Assembly: GCA_964291675.2 (NCBI GenBank) | Contig: OZ219865.1 | Span: 416,001 to 480,000 of the forward strand | DNA from: Alphaproteobacteria bacterium | GTDB taxonomy: Bacteria > Pseudomonadota > Alphaproteobacteria > MPNO01 | Direction of reading: 5' to 3' | Length of the DNA stretch: 64,000 nt | Part shown: piece by piece, positions 53,414 to 64,000 of the stretch | Numbering within the stretch: the first letter of the stretch is position 1 | Layout of the letters: every line of letters starts with the position of its first letter | Program-made: the position numbers and the translations under genes | The notes under the pieces: generated by a model | What the model was told of the DNA's origin: nothing | Databases searched by the model: none | The model's input: only the letters and a program-made list of their open reading frames with translations

Positions 53414-55513
53414 ATGAACGGCGGGCTTGGCAACGCGGGCTTTCTGCCGGGCAGCTTCTCCGGCCAGCGCGGCCGCTGGGTCCTCTGGCTGCCGGTCCTT
53501 CTCGGGCTCGGAATCGCGATCTATTTCGCGCTGCCGGTCGAACCGGCGCAGTGGACGATCGCGGTCCCGGCGGTGCTGATCGCTGCCGCCTGCGCGCTCC
53601 GGCGCAACGCCTTCGGCCCTGCCCTGATCGCTCTCGTCGCGCTCGCCGCCGGGTTCTCGCTTGCCCAGATCCGCGCGCTCGCGGTCGCCTCGCCGGTACT
53701 GGAACGACGCATCGGCCCGGTCGCGGTCAGCGGAACGATAGAAGCCGTCTCGCGGTCGAAGCGCGGCGGATGGCGTGTAACGATCGTCGAGCCCCGGATC
53801 GATCGCCTCGCTCGCGAAGCGACGCCGCGCCGCGTTCGGATCGGCATTCGCGCCGCCCGTCCTGTGCCCGAACCCGGCCGCCACCTGTCGGTGCGCGCGA
53901 TTCTCCAGCCGCCGCTCGCCCCCCTGGTTCCCGGCGGGTTCGATTTCGCGCGACGGGCGTGGTTCCTCGGCCTGGGCGCGGTCGGTTTTGCGGTCTCCCG
54001 GCCGACGGTCGTTTCGGCGCGGGACTCGCCCGGCTGGCGAATGCGCATCAACCGGCTGCGCCAGCATATAACCCGGCGCATCGCGTCTGCCCTCCCGGGC
54101 GCGGAAGGGGCGGTGGCGGCCGCCCTGACCACCGGCGAACGCGGTGCCATCCCGGAACGGGTGCTGGTCGCGATGCGCGATGCGGGGCTGGCTCACCTGC
54201 TCGCCATCTCGGGGCTCCACTTCTCGCTGGTGGCGGCCCTCCTGTTCGGCGGCATGCGCGCGGGTCTCGCCGCCATCCCGGCCGTCGCGCTGAGATACCC
54301 GATCAAGAAATGGGCGGCGGCGGGAGCGTTCGCGGGCGCCCTGGTCTACCTGATGATCTCGGGCGCCTCGATCCCCACCCAACGCGCCTTCCTCATGCTT
54401 TCCGCGGTGCTGCTGGCGGTGCTGCTGGACCGCGCGGCAATCTCGATGCGGCTCGTCGCGGCGGCCGCCGCGGTGGTGCTGGCGATCGCCCCGGAAAGCC
54501 TGCTGGGCGCGAGCTTCCAGATGTCTTTCGCGGCCGTGGTCGCCCTGGTCGCGGTCTACGAGTCGATTCGGGAACGGCTTGCCGGGCTGCGCGCAGATGC
54601 CGGGCTCCTGCGGCGCTTCGCCCTGTACGCGTTCGGTGTTGCCCTGACCACCCTGGTCGCCGGCCTCGCCACCGCTCCGTTCGCCGCCTATCACTTCAAC
54701 CGGCTCGCGGCGTTCGGCGTGGTGGCCAACCTGCTCGCCGTGCCGATTACCGGGCTGTGGATCATGCCCTGCGCCATCCTCGCCTTCCTCCTGATGCCGC
54801 TGGGCCTCGAGGGGCTCGCGCTTCAGCCCATGGGATGGGGGATCGCCAGCGTGATCGCCGTCGCCGAAACCGTCTCGTCCTGGCCGTCGGCGGTGCGTCT
54901 GGTTCCCGCTTTGCCGATCGCGTTCCTCGCGCTGGTCGCCGCTGGCGGGCTCTGGCTCTGCCTGTGGCGCGGCCGCCTGCGGGCGTTCGGGCTGATCGGC
55001 ATCGCGGCGGCGCTGCTGGTGGGCTGGCGCGAACGGCCCCCGGACATACTCGTCGGCCTGGACCCGGACGCTTTCGCGGTGCGCATCGCGGACGGCGTCG
55101 CGGTTGCACCGGGGACGCGCCGCTTCACCCGCGAGTATTGGCTGAGAAACGCCGGGCAGGCGAAAGCCGCAATATGGCCCGGCAGGCGCGGCGCCGGCCA
55201 ATCCGCGCTCGCCTGCGACGGGCTCGGATGCATGCTGCGCCGCGGCGGCACCTCTGTCGCCCTGGTTCTCGACCGTGCCGTCCTGGAGGAAGACTGCCAC
55301 CGGGCGGCGCTGCTGATCGCCGCGGTACCGGTCCCGCGGCGGCGATGCCGGGCACCCGACCGGCTGATCGACCGGTGGGAGCGTCGCCGCCAGGGCGCGC
55401 TCGCCATCTGGCTCGAGCCCGACGGCCCGCGGATCCTGAGCGCGCGCGACGTCCGGGGCGCGCGCCCGTGGACGGCTCAGTACCGGCGGAACAGGCAGAC
55501 CAGCCGGCCCTGA
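53414..55513 (+). CDS. comEC: ComEC/Rec2 family DNA-uptake membrane protein
   Basis: [22 protein letters not shown] and SFQMSF; conserved position between gltX and lexA. Confidence 0.92.
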   Translation: MNGGLGNAGFLPGSFSGQRGRWVLWLPVLLGLGIAIYFALPVEPAQWTIAVPAVLIAAACALRRNAFGPALIALVALAAGFSLAQIRALAVASPVLERRIGPVAVSGTIEAVSRSKRGGWRVTIVEPRIDRLAREATPRRVRIGIRAARPVPEPGRHLSVRAILQPPLAPLVPGGFDFARRAWFLGLGAVGFAVSRPTVVSARDSPGWRMRINRLRQHITRRIASALPGAEGAVAAALTTGERGAIPERVLVAMRDAGLAHLLAISGLHFSLVAALLFGGMRAGLAAIPAVALRYPIKKWAAAGAFAGALVYLMISGASIPTQRAFLMLSAVLLAVLLDRAAISMRLVAAAAAVVLAIAPESLLGASFQMSFAAVVALVAVYESIRERLAGLRADAGLLRRFALYAFGVALTTLVAGLATAPFAAYHFNRLAAFGVVANLLAVPITGLWIMPCAILAFLLMPLGLEGLALQPMGWGIASVIAVAETVSSWPSAVRLVPALPIAFLALVAAGGLWLCLWRGRLRAFGLIGIAAALLVGWRERPPDILVGLDPDAFAVRIADGVAVAPGTRRFTREYWLRNAGQAKAAIWPGRRGAGQSALACDGLGCMLRRGGTSVALVLDRAVLEEDCHRAALLIAAVPVPRRRCRAPDRLIDRWERRRQGALAIWLEPDGPRILSARDVRGARPWTAQYRRNRQTSRP

Positions 55514-56178
55514 ACCTTGACCTGGTCCGGGCCGAAGATGCGGGTCTCGTGTTTCGGGTTGGCGGGCTCCAGCGCTATCGAATCGCGGCGCCGCCGAAAC
55601 CGTTTCAGGGTCACTTCCTCGTCGCCGACCAGGGCGACCACGATATTTCCGTTCTCGGCCGTGTCGCCCCGCCGGATCACCGCGACATCGCCGTCGTGGA
55701 TGCCGGCCTCGACCATCGAATCCCCCTCGACTTCGAGGGCGTAGTGCTCGCCCGCGCCCAGCAGGGATTGGGGCATCGCGAAGCTTTGCGTGTTGTCGCG
55801 CAGCGCCTCGATGGGAACGCCGGCGGCGATCCGGCCATACAGCGGCAGCTCGACGAGCTGCTGGTCGTCGCCGCCGCTCGCGCCGCCGAGTTCGTGGGCG
55901 AAGTCGCCCTCGATGACCTTGGGCGCGAAGCTGGCGGCCCGCTTCGCCGCGCCTTCGGCCATGGTCTCCGGTCGGCGCAGCACCTCAAGGGCGCGCGCGC
56001 GGTGAGGCAGGCGGCGGAGGAAGCCGCGCTCCTCAAGGGCGACGATCAGGCGATGGATGCCCGATTTGGACTTGAGGTTGAGCGCCTCTTTCATCTCGTC
56101 GAAGGAGGGCGATACGCCGTGCTGGCCGATGAACGTGTCGATATAGGCCAGCAGCTCGTATTGTTTGGGTGTCAACAT
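55477..56178 (-). CDS. lexA: SOS repressor LexA
   Basis: [27 protein letters not shown] cleavage site, GDSM catalytic Ser and TLKR catalytic Lys. Confidence 0.98.
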   Translation of the reverse strand: MLTPKQYELLAYIDTFIGQHGVSPSFDEMKEALNLKSKSGIHRLIVALEERGFLRRLPHRARALEVLRRPETMAEGAAKRAASFAPKVIEGDFAHELGGASGGDDQQLVELPLYGRIAAGVPIEALRDNTQSFAMPQSLLGAGEHYALEVEGDSMVEAGIHDGDVAVIRRGDTAENGNIVVALVGDEEVTLKRFRRRRDSIALEPANPKHETRIFGPDQVKVQGRLVCLFRRY

Positions 56179-56212
56179 GGGTCACCGTCCGGCTCGATCG
56201 CTACCAGATATG

Positions 56213-56252
56213 GAACGAAACATAAACATGCCTACATGTTCTAGTAAAGTTC
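56213..56252. promoter_or_regulatory. Alphaproteobacterial SOS boxes upstream of lexA
   Basis: Perfect GTTC-N7-GTTC at 56238-56252 and imperfect GAAC-N7-AAAC at 56213-56227. The perfect box overlaps a minus-strand TTGACG-17 nt-TAGAAC promoter (56266-56238). Confidence 0.88.
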
Positions 56253-56293
56253 CAATCCCACGTCAACGATCCAGGGCGGATACCGATTCGTTT

Positions 56294-57514
56294 TCAGATT
56301 CGCACCGTGCCGCCTTCGAGCCGCAGGATGCGGACGGGCTCGCCCTTGGCGGCCGGCGGGGCAAAGGGCTCGCGGACGATCAGGCAGTCCGCGCGCGCCA
56401 TGTTGGCGAACATGGAGCTGTCCTGGATGTCGAACGGCGTCGCCGTCAGCCCGGCTTCGGCGTCCATCGCGAGCGAGGCGCGCAGATAGTCCTGTCGTTC
56501 GTCATTGGCGCGGAGACCGGCGCCGAGCCGCGCGGGCTCGCTTGCATCCGGCGACGCGGCGGCGGCCAGCATCGCCGACAGCGCGGGTTTGACGAAAATC
56601 ATCGCGCAGACCATCGACGAGACCGGGTTGCCCGGCAGGCCGAGCAGCGGCGTGCCGTCCAGGGCGCCGAAGATCAGCGGCTTTCCCGGGCGCATCGCTA
56701 TGCGCCAGAAATCGACCTTTAGCCCGACCTCGCCGAGGACGCTCTGCACCAGGTCGTGATCGCCCACAGACGCGCCGCCTGTGGTGAGCACCAGGTCGGC
56801 ACCGCGCGCGCCCGCCGCCATCGTCTTCAGGGTCTCGGCCGAATCCGGCGCAATCCCCAGATCGATGGGGTCCGCGCCGAGGGCGGCAACAAACCCGGCA
56901 AGCGCCAGCGCGTTGGAGCTCACGATCTGGTCGCGCCCGACCGGCTCTCCCGGCATGACGATCTCGTCGCCGGTCGCCAGGATCGCCACCCGGGGCTTGC
57001 GGCGGACCTTGAGCCAGGGCAGGTTCATCCCCGCCGCCAGCCCGACATCGCGCGCCGTCAGGATTCGGCCCGCCCCGAGCAGCACGTCGCCTTCCGAAAA
57101 GTCCAGCCCGGCGGGGCGGACGAAGCGCCCCTCCGGGGCCTCGCCGTCGACCACCTCGACGCGGCAATCGCCGGCATCCCTGGTGTTTTCCTGGATGACG
57201 ATGGCATCGGCGCCGTCGGGCACCGGCGCGCCGGTGAAGATGCGCACCGCTTCCCCGGGGCCGACCCTGCCCTCGAAGGCGCGTCCGGCCGGGGCGTAGC
57301 CGATCACGGAGAGATGGGCGGGGAGGGTCCGCACGTCTTCCGACCGGACCGCGTAGCCGTCCATCGCCGAGACGGGGAGGGGCGGCTGGGTGCGCCGGGC
57401 CGCCACGTCCTCGGCCAGCACCCGTCCGAGCGCCGCGCCGAGCCCGACCTGCTCGGCCGGCATCGGCCGGAGCGCCGCCAGGATGCGGCTCTGCGCTTCG
57501 CCGACCGAGATCAT
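56294..57514 (-). CDS. moeA: Molybdopterin molybdotransferase MoeA
   Basis: SAMDGYA, IFTGAP, TGDE, GGASVG and LPGNPVS. Confidence 0.96.
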   Translation of the reverse strand: MISVGEAQSRILAALRPMPAEQVGLGAALGRVLAEDVAARRTQPPLPVSAMDGYAVRSEDVRTLPAHLSVIGYAPAGRAFEGRVGPGEAVRIFTGAPVPDGADAIVIQENTRDAGDCRVEVVDGEAPEGRFVRPAGLDFSEGDVLLGAGRILTARDVGLAAGMNLPWLKVRRKPRVAILATGDEIVMPGEPVGRDQIVSSNALALAGFVAALGADPIDLGIAPDSAETLKTMAAGARGADLVLTTGGASVGDHDLVQSVLGEVGLKVDFWRIAMRPGKPLIFGALDGTPLLGLPGNPVSSMVCAMIFVKPALSAMLAAAASPDASEPARLGAGLRANDERQDYLRASLAMDAEAGLTATPFDIQDSSMFANMARADCLIVREPFAPPAAKGEPVRILRLEGGTVRI

Positions 57515-57990
57515 TCCGCGGCTTCGAAGGTGCCGGACCGGCCGCCCGCCTTGCGGACCAGCCGGATTTCGCCGATCGCCATCGCCCGGTCCACCGCCTT
57601 GCACATGTCGTAGACGGTCAGCGCCGCCACACTGACCGCCGTCAGCGCCTCCATCTCCACCCCGGTGCGTCCGGCGAGCCGGCAGGTGGCCTCGATCTCG
57701 ACCGCGGAGCGCTGCTCGTCGCAGCGCAAATCCACGTCGATCGCGGTCAGCGCCAGCGGGTGGCAGAGCGGGATGAGCTCGGACGTCCGCTTCGCCGCCA
57801 TGATCCCGGCGAGGCGGGCGACGCTCAGCACGTCGCCCTTGGCGACGACGCCGGCGGCGACCCTGCGCAGCGTGTCGGGCGCCATCGAGACCGAGCCCCT
57901 TGCGGTCGCCATGCGTCGGGTCACGTCCTTGTCCGAGACGTCCACCATGACCGCCTTGCCCTCGGCGTCGATATGGCTGAATTCGGCCAT
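57511..57990 (-). CDS. moaC: Cyclic pyranopterin monophosphate synthase MoaC
   Basis: [22 protein letters not shown] and YDMCKAVD. Confidence 0.97.
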   Translation of the reverse strand: MAEFSHIDAEGKAVMVDVSDKDVTRRMATARGSVSMAPDTLRRVAAGVVAKGDVLSVARLAGIMAAKRTSELIPLCHPLALTAIDVDLRCDEQRSAVEIEATCRLAGRTGVEMEALTAVSVAALTVYDMCKAVDRAMAIGEIRLVRKAGGRSGTFEAAE

Positions 57991-57994
57991 CCCG

Positions 57995-58795
57995 TCAGGC
58001 CGCCTTGCGGCGCAGCAGCGCCGCGGTCGCGGCGCGGACGTCGGGCTGGCTCATCAGCGCCTCGCCGATCAGGAAGCTGGTCACCCCGACGGCCTCCATG
58101 GAGGCGAGGTCGTCCGGGCTGGAGAGGCCGCTCTCTCCCACCACCAGCCGGTCGCGGGGCACCAGCGGGGCCAGCCTGCGGGTGGTCGCGATGTCGGTCT
58201 CCAGCGTCTTCAGGTTGCGGTTGTTGATGCCGATCGGCCCGTCGCCGATCGGGAGGGCGCGTTCCAGCTCGGGCTCGTCATGCACCTCGATCAGAACGTC
58301 CATCGCGAGCTCCCCGGCCAGCGCCGCAAGCTCCCCGGCGAGCGCGTCCTCCAGCGCCGCCATGATCAGCAGAACGCAGTCCGCGCCGATCGCGCGCGCC
58401 TCGGCGATCTGGTAGGGATCGAGCATGAAATCCTTGCGCAGCACCGGCAGCCCGACCGCCGCGCGGGCCGTCGACAGGTGCCCGTCGTCGCCCTGGAAAT
58501 AGGGCGGATCGGTCAGCACCGACAGGCAGGTCGCGCCTCCGGCCTCGTAGTCGCGGGCGAGCTCGGCCGGATCGAAATCCTTGCGAATCAGGCCTTTGCT
58601 CGGCGATGCTCGCTTGATTTCCGCGATCAGCCCGTAATCTCCCCGCGCCCGCGCGTGCCGGAGCCGGGCCGCGAAACCGCGCGGCGGCGCGGCTGCCGCG
58701 GCCTCGTCGAGCACGGCGTTCATCGACCGGCGCCGTTTGCAGGCAGCGACATGCTCCCGCTTGACCGTGCAGATCTCCCGCAGCACGTCGCTCAT
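57995..58795 (-). CDS. trpC: Indole-3-glycerol phosphate synthase
   Basis: [24 protein letters not shown] and ESG. Confidence 0.97.
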   Translation of the reverse strand: MSDVLREICTVKREHVAACKRRRSMNAVLDEAAAAAPPRGFAARLRHARARGDYGLIAEIKRASPSKGLIRKDFDPAELARDYEAGGATCLSVLTDPPYFQGDDGHLSTARAAVGLPVLRKDFMLDPYQIAEARAIGADCVLLIMAALEDALAGELAALAGELAMDVLIEVHDEPELERALPIGDGPIGINNRNLKTLETDIATTRRLAPLVPRDRLVVGESGLSSPDDLASMEAVGVTSFLIGEALMSQPDVRAATAALLRRKAA

Positions 58796-59832
58796 CGCGA
58801 CTCGTCGCCCCGGTTCGAGATCTCGACCATCCGGGCGAGCGCGCCGCGCGCCTTGCCCTCGTCGATCGAGCGCGCCGCGAGCGCCGCGCCCTCGGCCAGG
58901 TCGGCGGCCACACCGGCCACCACCAGCGAACCCGCCGCCGTCATGATGGCGCTGTCGCGATAGGTGCCGGGCTTGCCGTCGAGCAGGGCGCGGAGCCGCT
59001 CGGCGTTGTAGGTCCCGGTGCCGCCCTTGAGGTCCTCGATCCGGCCCTCGGAGAGGCCGGCATCGGCGGCGGTGACGGTGAAGCTGCGCACCGCTCCGTC
59101 CGACCATTCGGCCACCGTCGTCTCCCCGGCGGAGGTGAGCTCGTCGAGCCCGCCCGCGCCATGGACCACCCAGGCCCGCTCGGAACCCAGGCGGCCCAGC
59201 ACCTCGGCCAGCGGTTCGACCCACTCCCCGGCGAACACGCCGACCAGCAGCCGGCGCACGAAGGCCGGGTTGGAGAGCGGGCCGAGCAGGTTGAAGATGG
59301 TGCGTACGGCGAGCTCCACCCTCGGCCCGGCGACATGCCGGGTGGCGCTGTGATGCCGCGGCGCCATCATGAAACCGATCCCGGCCTCGCGGATGGATTC
59401 CTCGATCAGCGGGAACGCGGCGTCGATATTGACCCCGAGCGCGGTCAACACGTCCGCCGCCCCGGCCCGCGACGACAGCGCGCGGTTGCCGTGCTTGGCG
59501 ACCGGTATGCCGCAGCCGGCCACCACCAGCGCGGCGGCGGTGGATATGTTGAGCGTGCCCGCGCCGTCGCCGCCGGTGCCGACCACGTCGACCGCGTTGT
59601 CCGGCGCGCCGATCCGCGCCGCCTTGGCGCGCATGGTCCGTGCCGCCCCGGTGATCTCGTCCACCGTCTCGCCGCGCAGCCTGAGGGCCATCAGGAACGC
59701 GCCGATCTGCGCCGGCGTGGCGTTGCCGGTCATGATGGTATCGAACGCGCGCTCGGCCTCCCCTTCGCTGAGGCGATGCCCGTCCGCGACCCGGCCCAAC
59801 ACGCTCTTGAAAGCGTCGAAATCTTCACTCAT
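58792..59832 (-). CDS. trpD: Anthranilate phosphoribosyltransferase
   Basis: GTGGDG, NIST, KHGNR and RTIFNLLGPLSNP. Confidence 0.97.
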   Translation of the reverse strand: MSEDFDAFKSVLGRVADGHRLSEGEAERAFDTIMTGNATPAQIGAFLMALRLRGETVDEITGAARTMRAKAARIGAPDNAVDVVGTGGDGAGTLNISTAAALVVAGCGIPVAKHGNRALSSRAGAADVLTALGVNIDAAFPLIEESIREAGIGFMMAPRHHSATRHVAGPRVELAVRTIFNLLGPLSNPAFVRRLLVGVFAGEWVEPLAEVLGRLGSERAWVVHGAGGLDELTSAGETTVAEWSDGAVRSFTVTAADAGLSEGRIEDLKGGTGTYNAERLRALLDGKPGTYRDSAIMTAAGSLVVAGVAADLAEGAALAARSIDEGKARGALARMVEISNRGDESR

Positions 59833-59940
59833 GGCTACGAATCGGTTCCGAAAAAGACAAAAATAATAGGGTATTGACGACCTGTTCTAAAGCACTGTTT
59901 CAATTCTGCCCGACCTCGCGCGCCGCCCATTGGGGCGGGC

Positions 59941-61845
59941 TCAAGGCCGGATCGCGCCCTCGTCGAACAGCCGCTGGAGGGCGCCGGAGTTCACCGTTAC
60001 CGAGTAGACCCCGCGCAATGCATCGGTGTACTGGGCGAGGAGATCCGACGCCATCGCGCCCCTTACCTGCTCGCGGATCCCGTCGAGCCCGTCCTTGTCG
60101 GCGGACGGATTCGCCGGTTCGATCCGGTGTAGCGCCGCCACCGCGAACCCCTTTTCCGTCGGGCCCAGGAACGCTTCGCCCTGCCTGGCCTCGAACAACG
60201 GCGTCGCAAGCGAGGATGGGAGCGGCGTGTCGCCGCCCTGGTCGAAGCGTGTAAAGGGGGAGGAGGTCTTTGCCGTCAGCCCCATTTCCCGGGCCGCGGT
60301 ATCGAAGCTGCGTCCGGCCTTGACCTCGCCCAGCAGCTTGTCCGCGCGCTCCTTGGCCGCGGCGTTGAGGCGGTCCAGCCGCCAGGCGGCGGCGACCTTC
60401 TCGCGGACCCGGTCGAACGGTTCGAGCGCCGGCGGGACCACCCTGTCGACCCGGAGCAGGAAATAGCCGCCTTCCGCGGTGTCGATCAGGTCGCTCGTCT
60501 GGCCGTTGCCCGTCTCGAAGGCCGCGTCCAGGAACCGTCGCAGCGTCAGCAGGCCGTCCTCGGGATCGCCGTCGGCGGACCGTCCGCTGCGCTCCACTTC
60601 ACGCAGCTTGAGCAGCTTGGCATTGACCTGGCCCGCCGCCTCCTCCAGCGACGCGCCGCCCGCCAGCGTGTCCTCGACCTGGTTCGCCAGCTTGACCAGC
60701 GCGTCGACCGCCTGTTCGCGGGCAAGGTCCTCGCGGATCTTCGCCCTGACTTCGCCGAATTCGGGGGTCCGGCCCGGTTCGATCCCCTCCACCAGCAGGA
60801 TGTGCCAGCCGAGCGGCGAACGGACCGGCTGGCTCGGAGTGTTCGCTTGCAGCGCAAACGCCGCATCGGCGATCTCCTGCGGCAGCTCCGCCCTGGTGAG
60901 CGAGCCGAGCGAGACCGCTTCCTTATCCATCCCGGCGACCGCGACGGCGACATCGGAGATGTCGCGCCCGCTCCTCAGCGCATCGATCGCGCGCTTCGCC
61001 GTGGCCTCGTCGGCGACGACGATCTGGGAGATGCGTCGACGTTCGGGGACCGAAAGCTGTTCGAGGCGGTGCTCGTATTCGGCGCGCAACGCCTCTTCCC
61101 CGGGCTCGATCTCGGCCGCGACATCCGCGGGGTTGAGGTGGAGCGCCGTCAGGTCGCGCCTCTCCGGCGCGGTGAACGCGGCGGCGTTTTCCTTGTGGAA
61201 ATCGGTGAGCACGCTGTCCCCGGGCGCGGACAGCGTGCTCTCCGGCGGCCGGGCAATCTCGACGAAGCGGGCGATCCGCTTGTCGTTGCGGAAATGGTAG
61301 AGCGACCTGACCAGCCGGTCGGGCGCGGCGCTGGCGCCGTGCAGAACGCCCGTCAAATGCGACATCTTGATCTGCTGGCGCACATCCTCGACATAGCGCT
61401 GTTCGGGGATGCCGACCCGGTTGAGCGCGCTCTCGAAGAGCATGCGGTCGAAGCTGCCGTCGGGGCCATGAAAAGCCGGCTCCGCGTGCAGCTGGCGCAC
61501 CACCTGGTCGTCGCCCACGATGACGCCGTTGTCCTCGGCATAGAGGTCCAGCAGACGTTGCGAGATCAGCCCCTCGACCGTGTTCTCCGCGACGCCGAGA
61601 TCGCGCGCCTGCTCCGAATCGAAATCGGCGCCGAACGTCGCGCGCAGCCTCTCGACCTCGCGGCGGAAGGCGGCGCCGAACTCGTTGGCGGTGATCTTGC
61701 TGTCGCCCACCTCCGCCACGTCGGTGGGAAGCCCGGTCGCCCGGATCATGTCCTCGACGCCCCAGGCGGCGAAGCTGATGATCAGCAGCACGGCAAGAAC
61801 CCGCACCACCCAGGTGGCGGCCTTGTTCTTCATCGCCTGAAGCAT
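59941..61845 (-). CDS. ppiD: PpiD-like periplasmic chaperone (N-terminal TM, SurA-like and parvulin domains)
   Basis: LIISFAAWG anchor and SQPVRSPLGWHIL rotamase motif; divergent from tpiA. Confidence 0.9.
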   Translation of the reverse strand: MLQAMKNKAATWVVRVLAVLLIISFAAWGVEDMIRATGLPTDVAEVGDSKITANEFGAAFRREVERLRATFGADFDSEQARDLGVAENTVEGLISQRLLDLYAEDNGVIVGDDQVVRQLHAEPAFHGPDGSFDRMLFESALNRVGIPEQRYVEDVRQQIKMSHLTGVLHGASAAPDRLVRSLYHFRNDKRIARFVEIARPPESTLSAPGDSVLTDFHKENAAAFTAPERRDLTALHLNPADVAAEIEPGEEALRAEYEHRLEQLSVPERRRISQIVVADEATAKRAIDALRSGRDISDVAVAVAGMDKEAVSLGSLTRAELPQEIADAAFALQANTPSQPVRSPLGWHILLVEGIEPGRTPEFGEVRAKIREDLAREQAVDALVKLANQVEDTLAGGASLEEAAGQVNAKLLKLREVERSGRSADGDPEDGLLTLRRFLDAAFETGNGQTSDLIDTAEGGYFLLRVDRVVPPALEPFDRVREKVAAAWRLDRLNAAAKERADKLLGEVKAGRSFDTAAREMGLTAKTSSPFTRFDQGGDTPLPSSLATPLFEARQGEAFLGPTEKGFAVAALHRIEPANPSADKDGLDGIREQVRGAMASDLLAQYTDALRGVYSVTVNSGALQRLFDEGAIRP

Positions 61846-62012
61846 GGTGCCGGTTCCCGGTTCGGTCGGCCGCGCCGACGGATGGACCACGCGGCTATAT
61901 CTATTGGCTGCGGGATGGGACCGCAACCGCCGACGCGCGCATTCGGTTTCCCGGCCCGGCGCCGCCGTGCTAGAAATCCGACCCGTCCGAACCGCCTCGC
62001 AAACTGCGCTCC

Positions 62013-62768
62013 ATGACCGATTCCCTCCGCCCGCTGGTTGCGGGGAACTGGAAGATGAACGGCTCGCGCGCGATGACGCGCGACCTGCTGGCATCGCTCG
62101 GCGCCGCGCTGGACGGTGCGGGCGGCGCGCCGTGCGAAATCGTCGTCTGCCCGCCCGCCCCCTATCTCGCGGATGCCGCGCGGGCGCTCGCGTCGATCCC
62201 CGGGATCGCGCTCGGCGCGCAGGACTGCCACTCGGCGGACTCGGGCGCCCACACCGGCGACGTCGCCGCGGCGATGCTCGCCGATCTCGGCTGCCTGTAT
62301 GCGATCGTCGGGCATTCGGAACGGCGCGGCGGCCACGGAGAAGACAGCGCGGCGGTCAAGGCCAAGGCGGCGGCGGCGATCGCGGCGGGGCTCGGCGCCA
62401 TCGTCTGCGTCGGCGAGACCGGCGCCGACCGCGAGGCCGGAAGGGCGGAAGCGGTGGTCGGCGAGCAGCTCGATGCCTCGCTGCCCGACGGGGCAGGCGC
62501 CGAAAACTGCGTGATCGCATACGAGCCCGTCTGGGCCATCGGAACCGGCCATACCCCGACCCCGGCGGAGATCGCCGGAATCCACGCCTCTATCCGGGCG
62601 CGGCTGGACCGGCACCTCGCCTATGGTGTGCGCATTCTCTACGGCGGCTCGGTCAAGCCGGAAAACGCCGCCGCGATACTGGCGCTCGCCGATGTCGACG
62701 GCGCCCTGGTGGGCGGTGCGAGCCTCGACGCCGACGCTTTCTGGTCGATATGTCGATCATGTCCATAG
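62013..62768 (+). CDS. tpiA: Triosephosphate isomerase
   Basis: AGNWKMNG, GHSERR, AYEPVWAIGTG and YGGSV. Confidence 0.98.
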   Translation: MTDSLRPLVAGNWKMNGSRAMTRDLLASLGAALDGAGGAPCEIVVCPPAPYLADAARALASIPGIALGAQDCHSADSGAHTGDVAAAMLADLGCLYAIVGHSERRGGHGEDSAAVKAKAAAAIAAGLGAIVCVGETGADREAGRAEAVVGEQLDASLPDGAGAENCVIAYEPVWAIGTGHTPTPAEIAGIHASIRARLDRHLAYGVRILYGGSVKPENAAAILALADVDGALVGGASLDADAFWSICRSCP

Positions 62769-62829
62769 AAATTGCGGCCCAATGGCGCTACATCATTGCC
62801 GGCGCTGACCGCAGGAAGGCCTGCCCGAC

Positions 62830-63147
62830 ATGATCGCTATCATTCTCGTGGTTCATCTTTTCATCGCCATCGCGCTGGTCGCGGTGGTGCTCGTGCAGCG
62901 ATCCGAAGGGGGCGGGCTCGGCATCGGCGGCGGCACGATGGGCGGGCTGATGACGACCCGCGGATCGGCCAACCTGCTGACCCGGGTGACCGCCGGGCTG
63001 GCGGTCTGTTTCATGGCGACCAGCATCGTGCTCGCGATCCTGTCGGGCGCGGGCCAGCAGCCGCGCTCCGTGCTCGACCAGCCGGTGCAGCCGGCGCCTG
63101 TCCAGCCCACCGAACCCCAGCCGCCGAGCGTTCCCTTGGCGCGCTGA
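62830..63147 (+). CDS. secG: Preprotein translocase subunit SecG
   Basis: [12 protein letters not shown] and NLLTRVT, with two TM helices. Confidence 0.95.
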   Translation: MIAIILVVHLFIAIALVAVVLVQRSEGGGLGIGGGTMGGLMTTRGSANLLTRVTAGLAVCFMATSIVLAILSGAGQQPRSVLDQPVQPAPVQPTEPQPPSVPLAR

Positions 63148-63232
63148 GGGAGCATTTCGGCAACGCGTTGCCATAGACCGGAGCGAGCGCGCCACGCCGG
63201 GAGAAACGCGCCGCGACGGCGAACGAGGGGCG

Positions 63233-64000
63233 ATGACACGCTATATCTTCATCACCGGCGGCGTCGTCTCCTCTCTCGGCAAGGGGCTCGCCTCCGCCGC
63301 GCTCGGCGCGCTGCTCCAGGCGCGCGGCTACAGGGTGCGGCTGCGCAAGCTCGACCCCTATCTCAATGTCGACCCGGGCACGATGAGCCCGACCCAGCAC
63401 GGCGAGGTCTACGTGACCGACGACGGCGCGGAAACCGATCTCGACCTCGGCCATTACGAGCGGTTCACCGGCGTGCCCGCTAGCCAGAGCGACAACGTGA
63501 CCACGGGGCGGATCTATCAGGACGTGATAGAGCGCGAGCGGCGGGGCGACTATCTCGGGGCGACGATCCAGGTCATCCCGCACGTCACCGACGCGATCAA
63601 GGCGTTCATCTCTGCCGATGCCGGCGACGTGGATTTCATCCTGTGCGAAATCGGCGGCACGGTGGGCGACATCGAAAGCCTGCCGTTCCTCGAGGCGATC
63701 CGTCAGAAGGCCAACGAGCTCGGCCGCGACCGGGCGATGAACGTGCATCTGACGCTGGTTCCCTATTTGCAATCGGCGCGGGAGCTGAAGACCAAACCCA
63801 CCCAGCATTCGGTGAAGGAGCTGCAGAGCGTCGGCATCCAGCCCGACCTCATCCTGTGTCGCTGCGAGCAGGACGTGCCGCTCGACGACCGCCGGAAGAT
63901 CGCCCTGTTCTGCAACGTGCCCGTCGACAACGCGATCGCGGCGCCCGACATGGACACCATCTACGAGGTGCCGATCTCCTATCACGAGCGCGGGTTCGAC
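63233..64000 (+). CDS. pyrG: CTP synthase (N-terminal part, runs off window)
   Basis: Manual translation gives [18 protein letters not shown]...[15 protein letters not shown]...[12 protein letters not shown]. Confidence 0.97.
   Translation, partial: MTRYIFITGGVVSSLGKGLASAALGALLQARGYRVRLRKLDPYLNVDPGTMSPTQHGEVYVTDDGAETDLDLGHYERFTGVPASQSDNVTTGRIYQDVIERERRGDYLGATIQVIPHVTDAIKAFISADAGDVDFILCEIGGTVGDIESLPFLEAIRQKANELGRDRAMNVHLTLVPYLQSARELKTKPTQHSVKELQSVGIQPDLILCRCEQDVPLDDRRKIALFCNVPVDNAIAAPDMDTIYEVPISYHERGFD

Noticed and set aside
59884-59900. Possible LexA box upstream of trpD (GTTC...GTTT)
   Set aside because: The spacer is 9 nt rather than the required 7.
1-64000. tRNA, rRNA, CRISPR array, transposase, integrase or prophage genes
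   Set aside because: None was recognised. Intergenic spaces are short and show no regularly spaced repeats or cloverleaf signatures by eye; tRNAscan or Infernal would be needed for certainty.

Overview
High-GC (about 70% by eye) alphaproteobacterial core chromosome, most similar in gene order to Rhodospirillales/Kiloniellales-like lineages (inferred, not searched). The window carries the conserved block nuoA-N, birA, coaX, rnj, DUF1467, proS, lolE/D, dnaE, rpsB-tsf-pyrH-frr-uppS-cdsA-dxr-rseP-bamA-skp-lpxD-fabZ-lpxA-lpxI-lpxB, gltA/gltX, comEC, lexA, moeA-moaC-trpC-trpD, ppiD, tpiA, secG and pyrG. Accessory additions are an amidohydrolase/cupin pair, a TAXI-TRAP transporter, a small coiled-coil membrane protein, tag plus a BMP-family ABC transporter, and gloA. 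The best candidate for an undescribed system is an AT-rich two-gene cassette inserted between nuoF and nuoG: a DUF6338-like membrane protein translationally coupled to a 58-aa basic peptide with a GYQP...NPP.G.GS core. About nine single-base frameshifts, several in compensating pairs, are confined to 15.6-26.5 kb and most likely reflect sequencing or assembly error. No rRNA, tRNA, CRISPR array, integrase or transposase was recognised. All family assignments come from motif recognition by eye; no database search was run.
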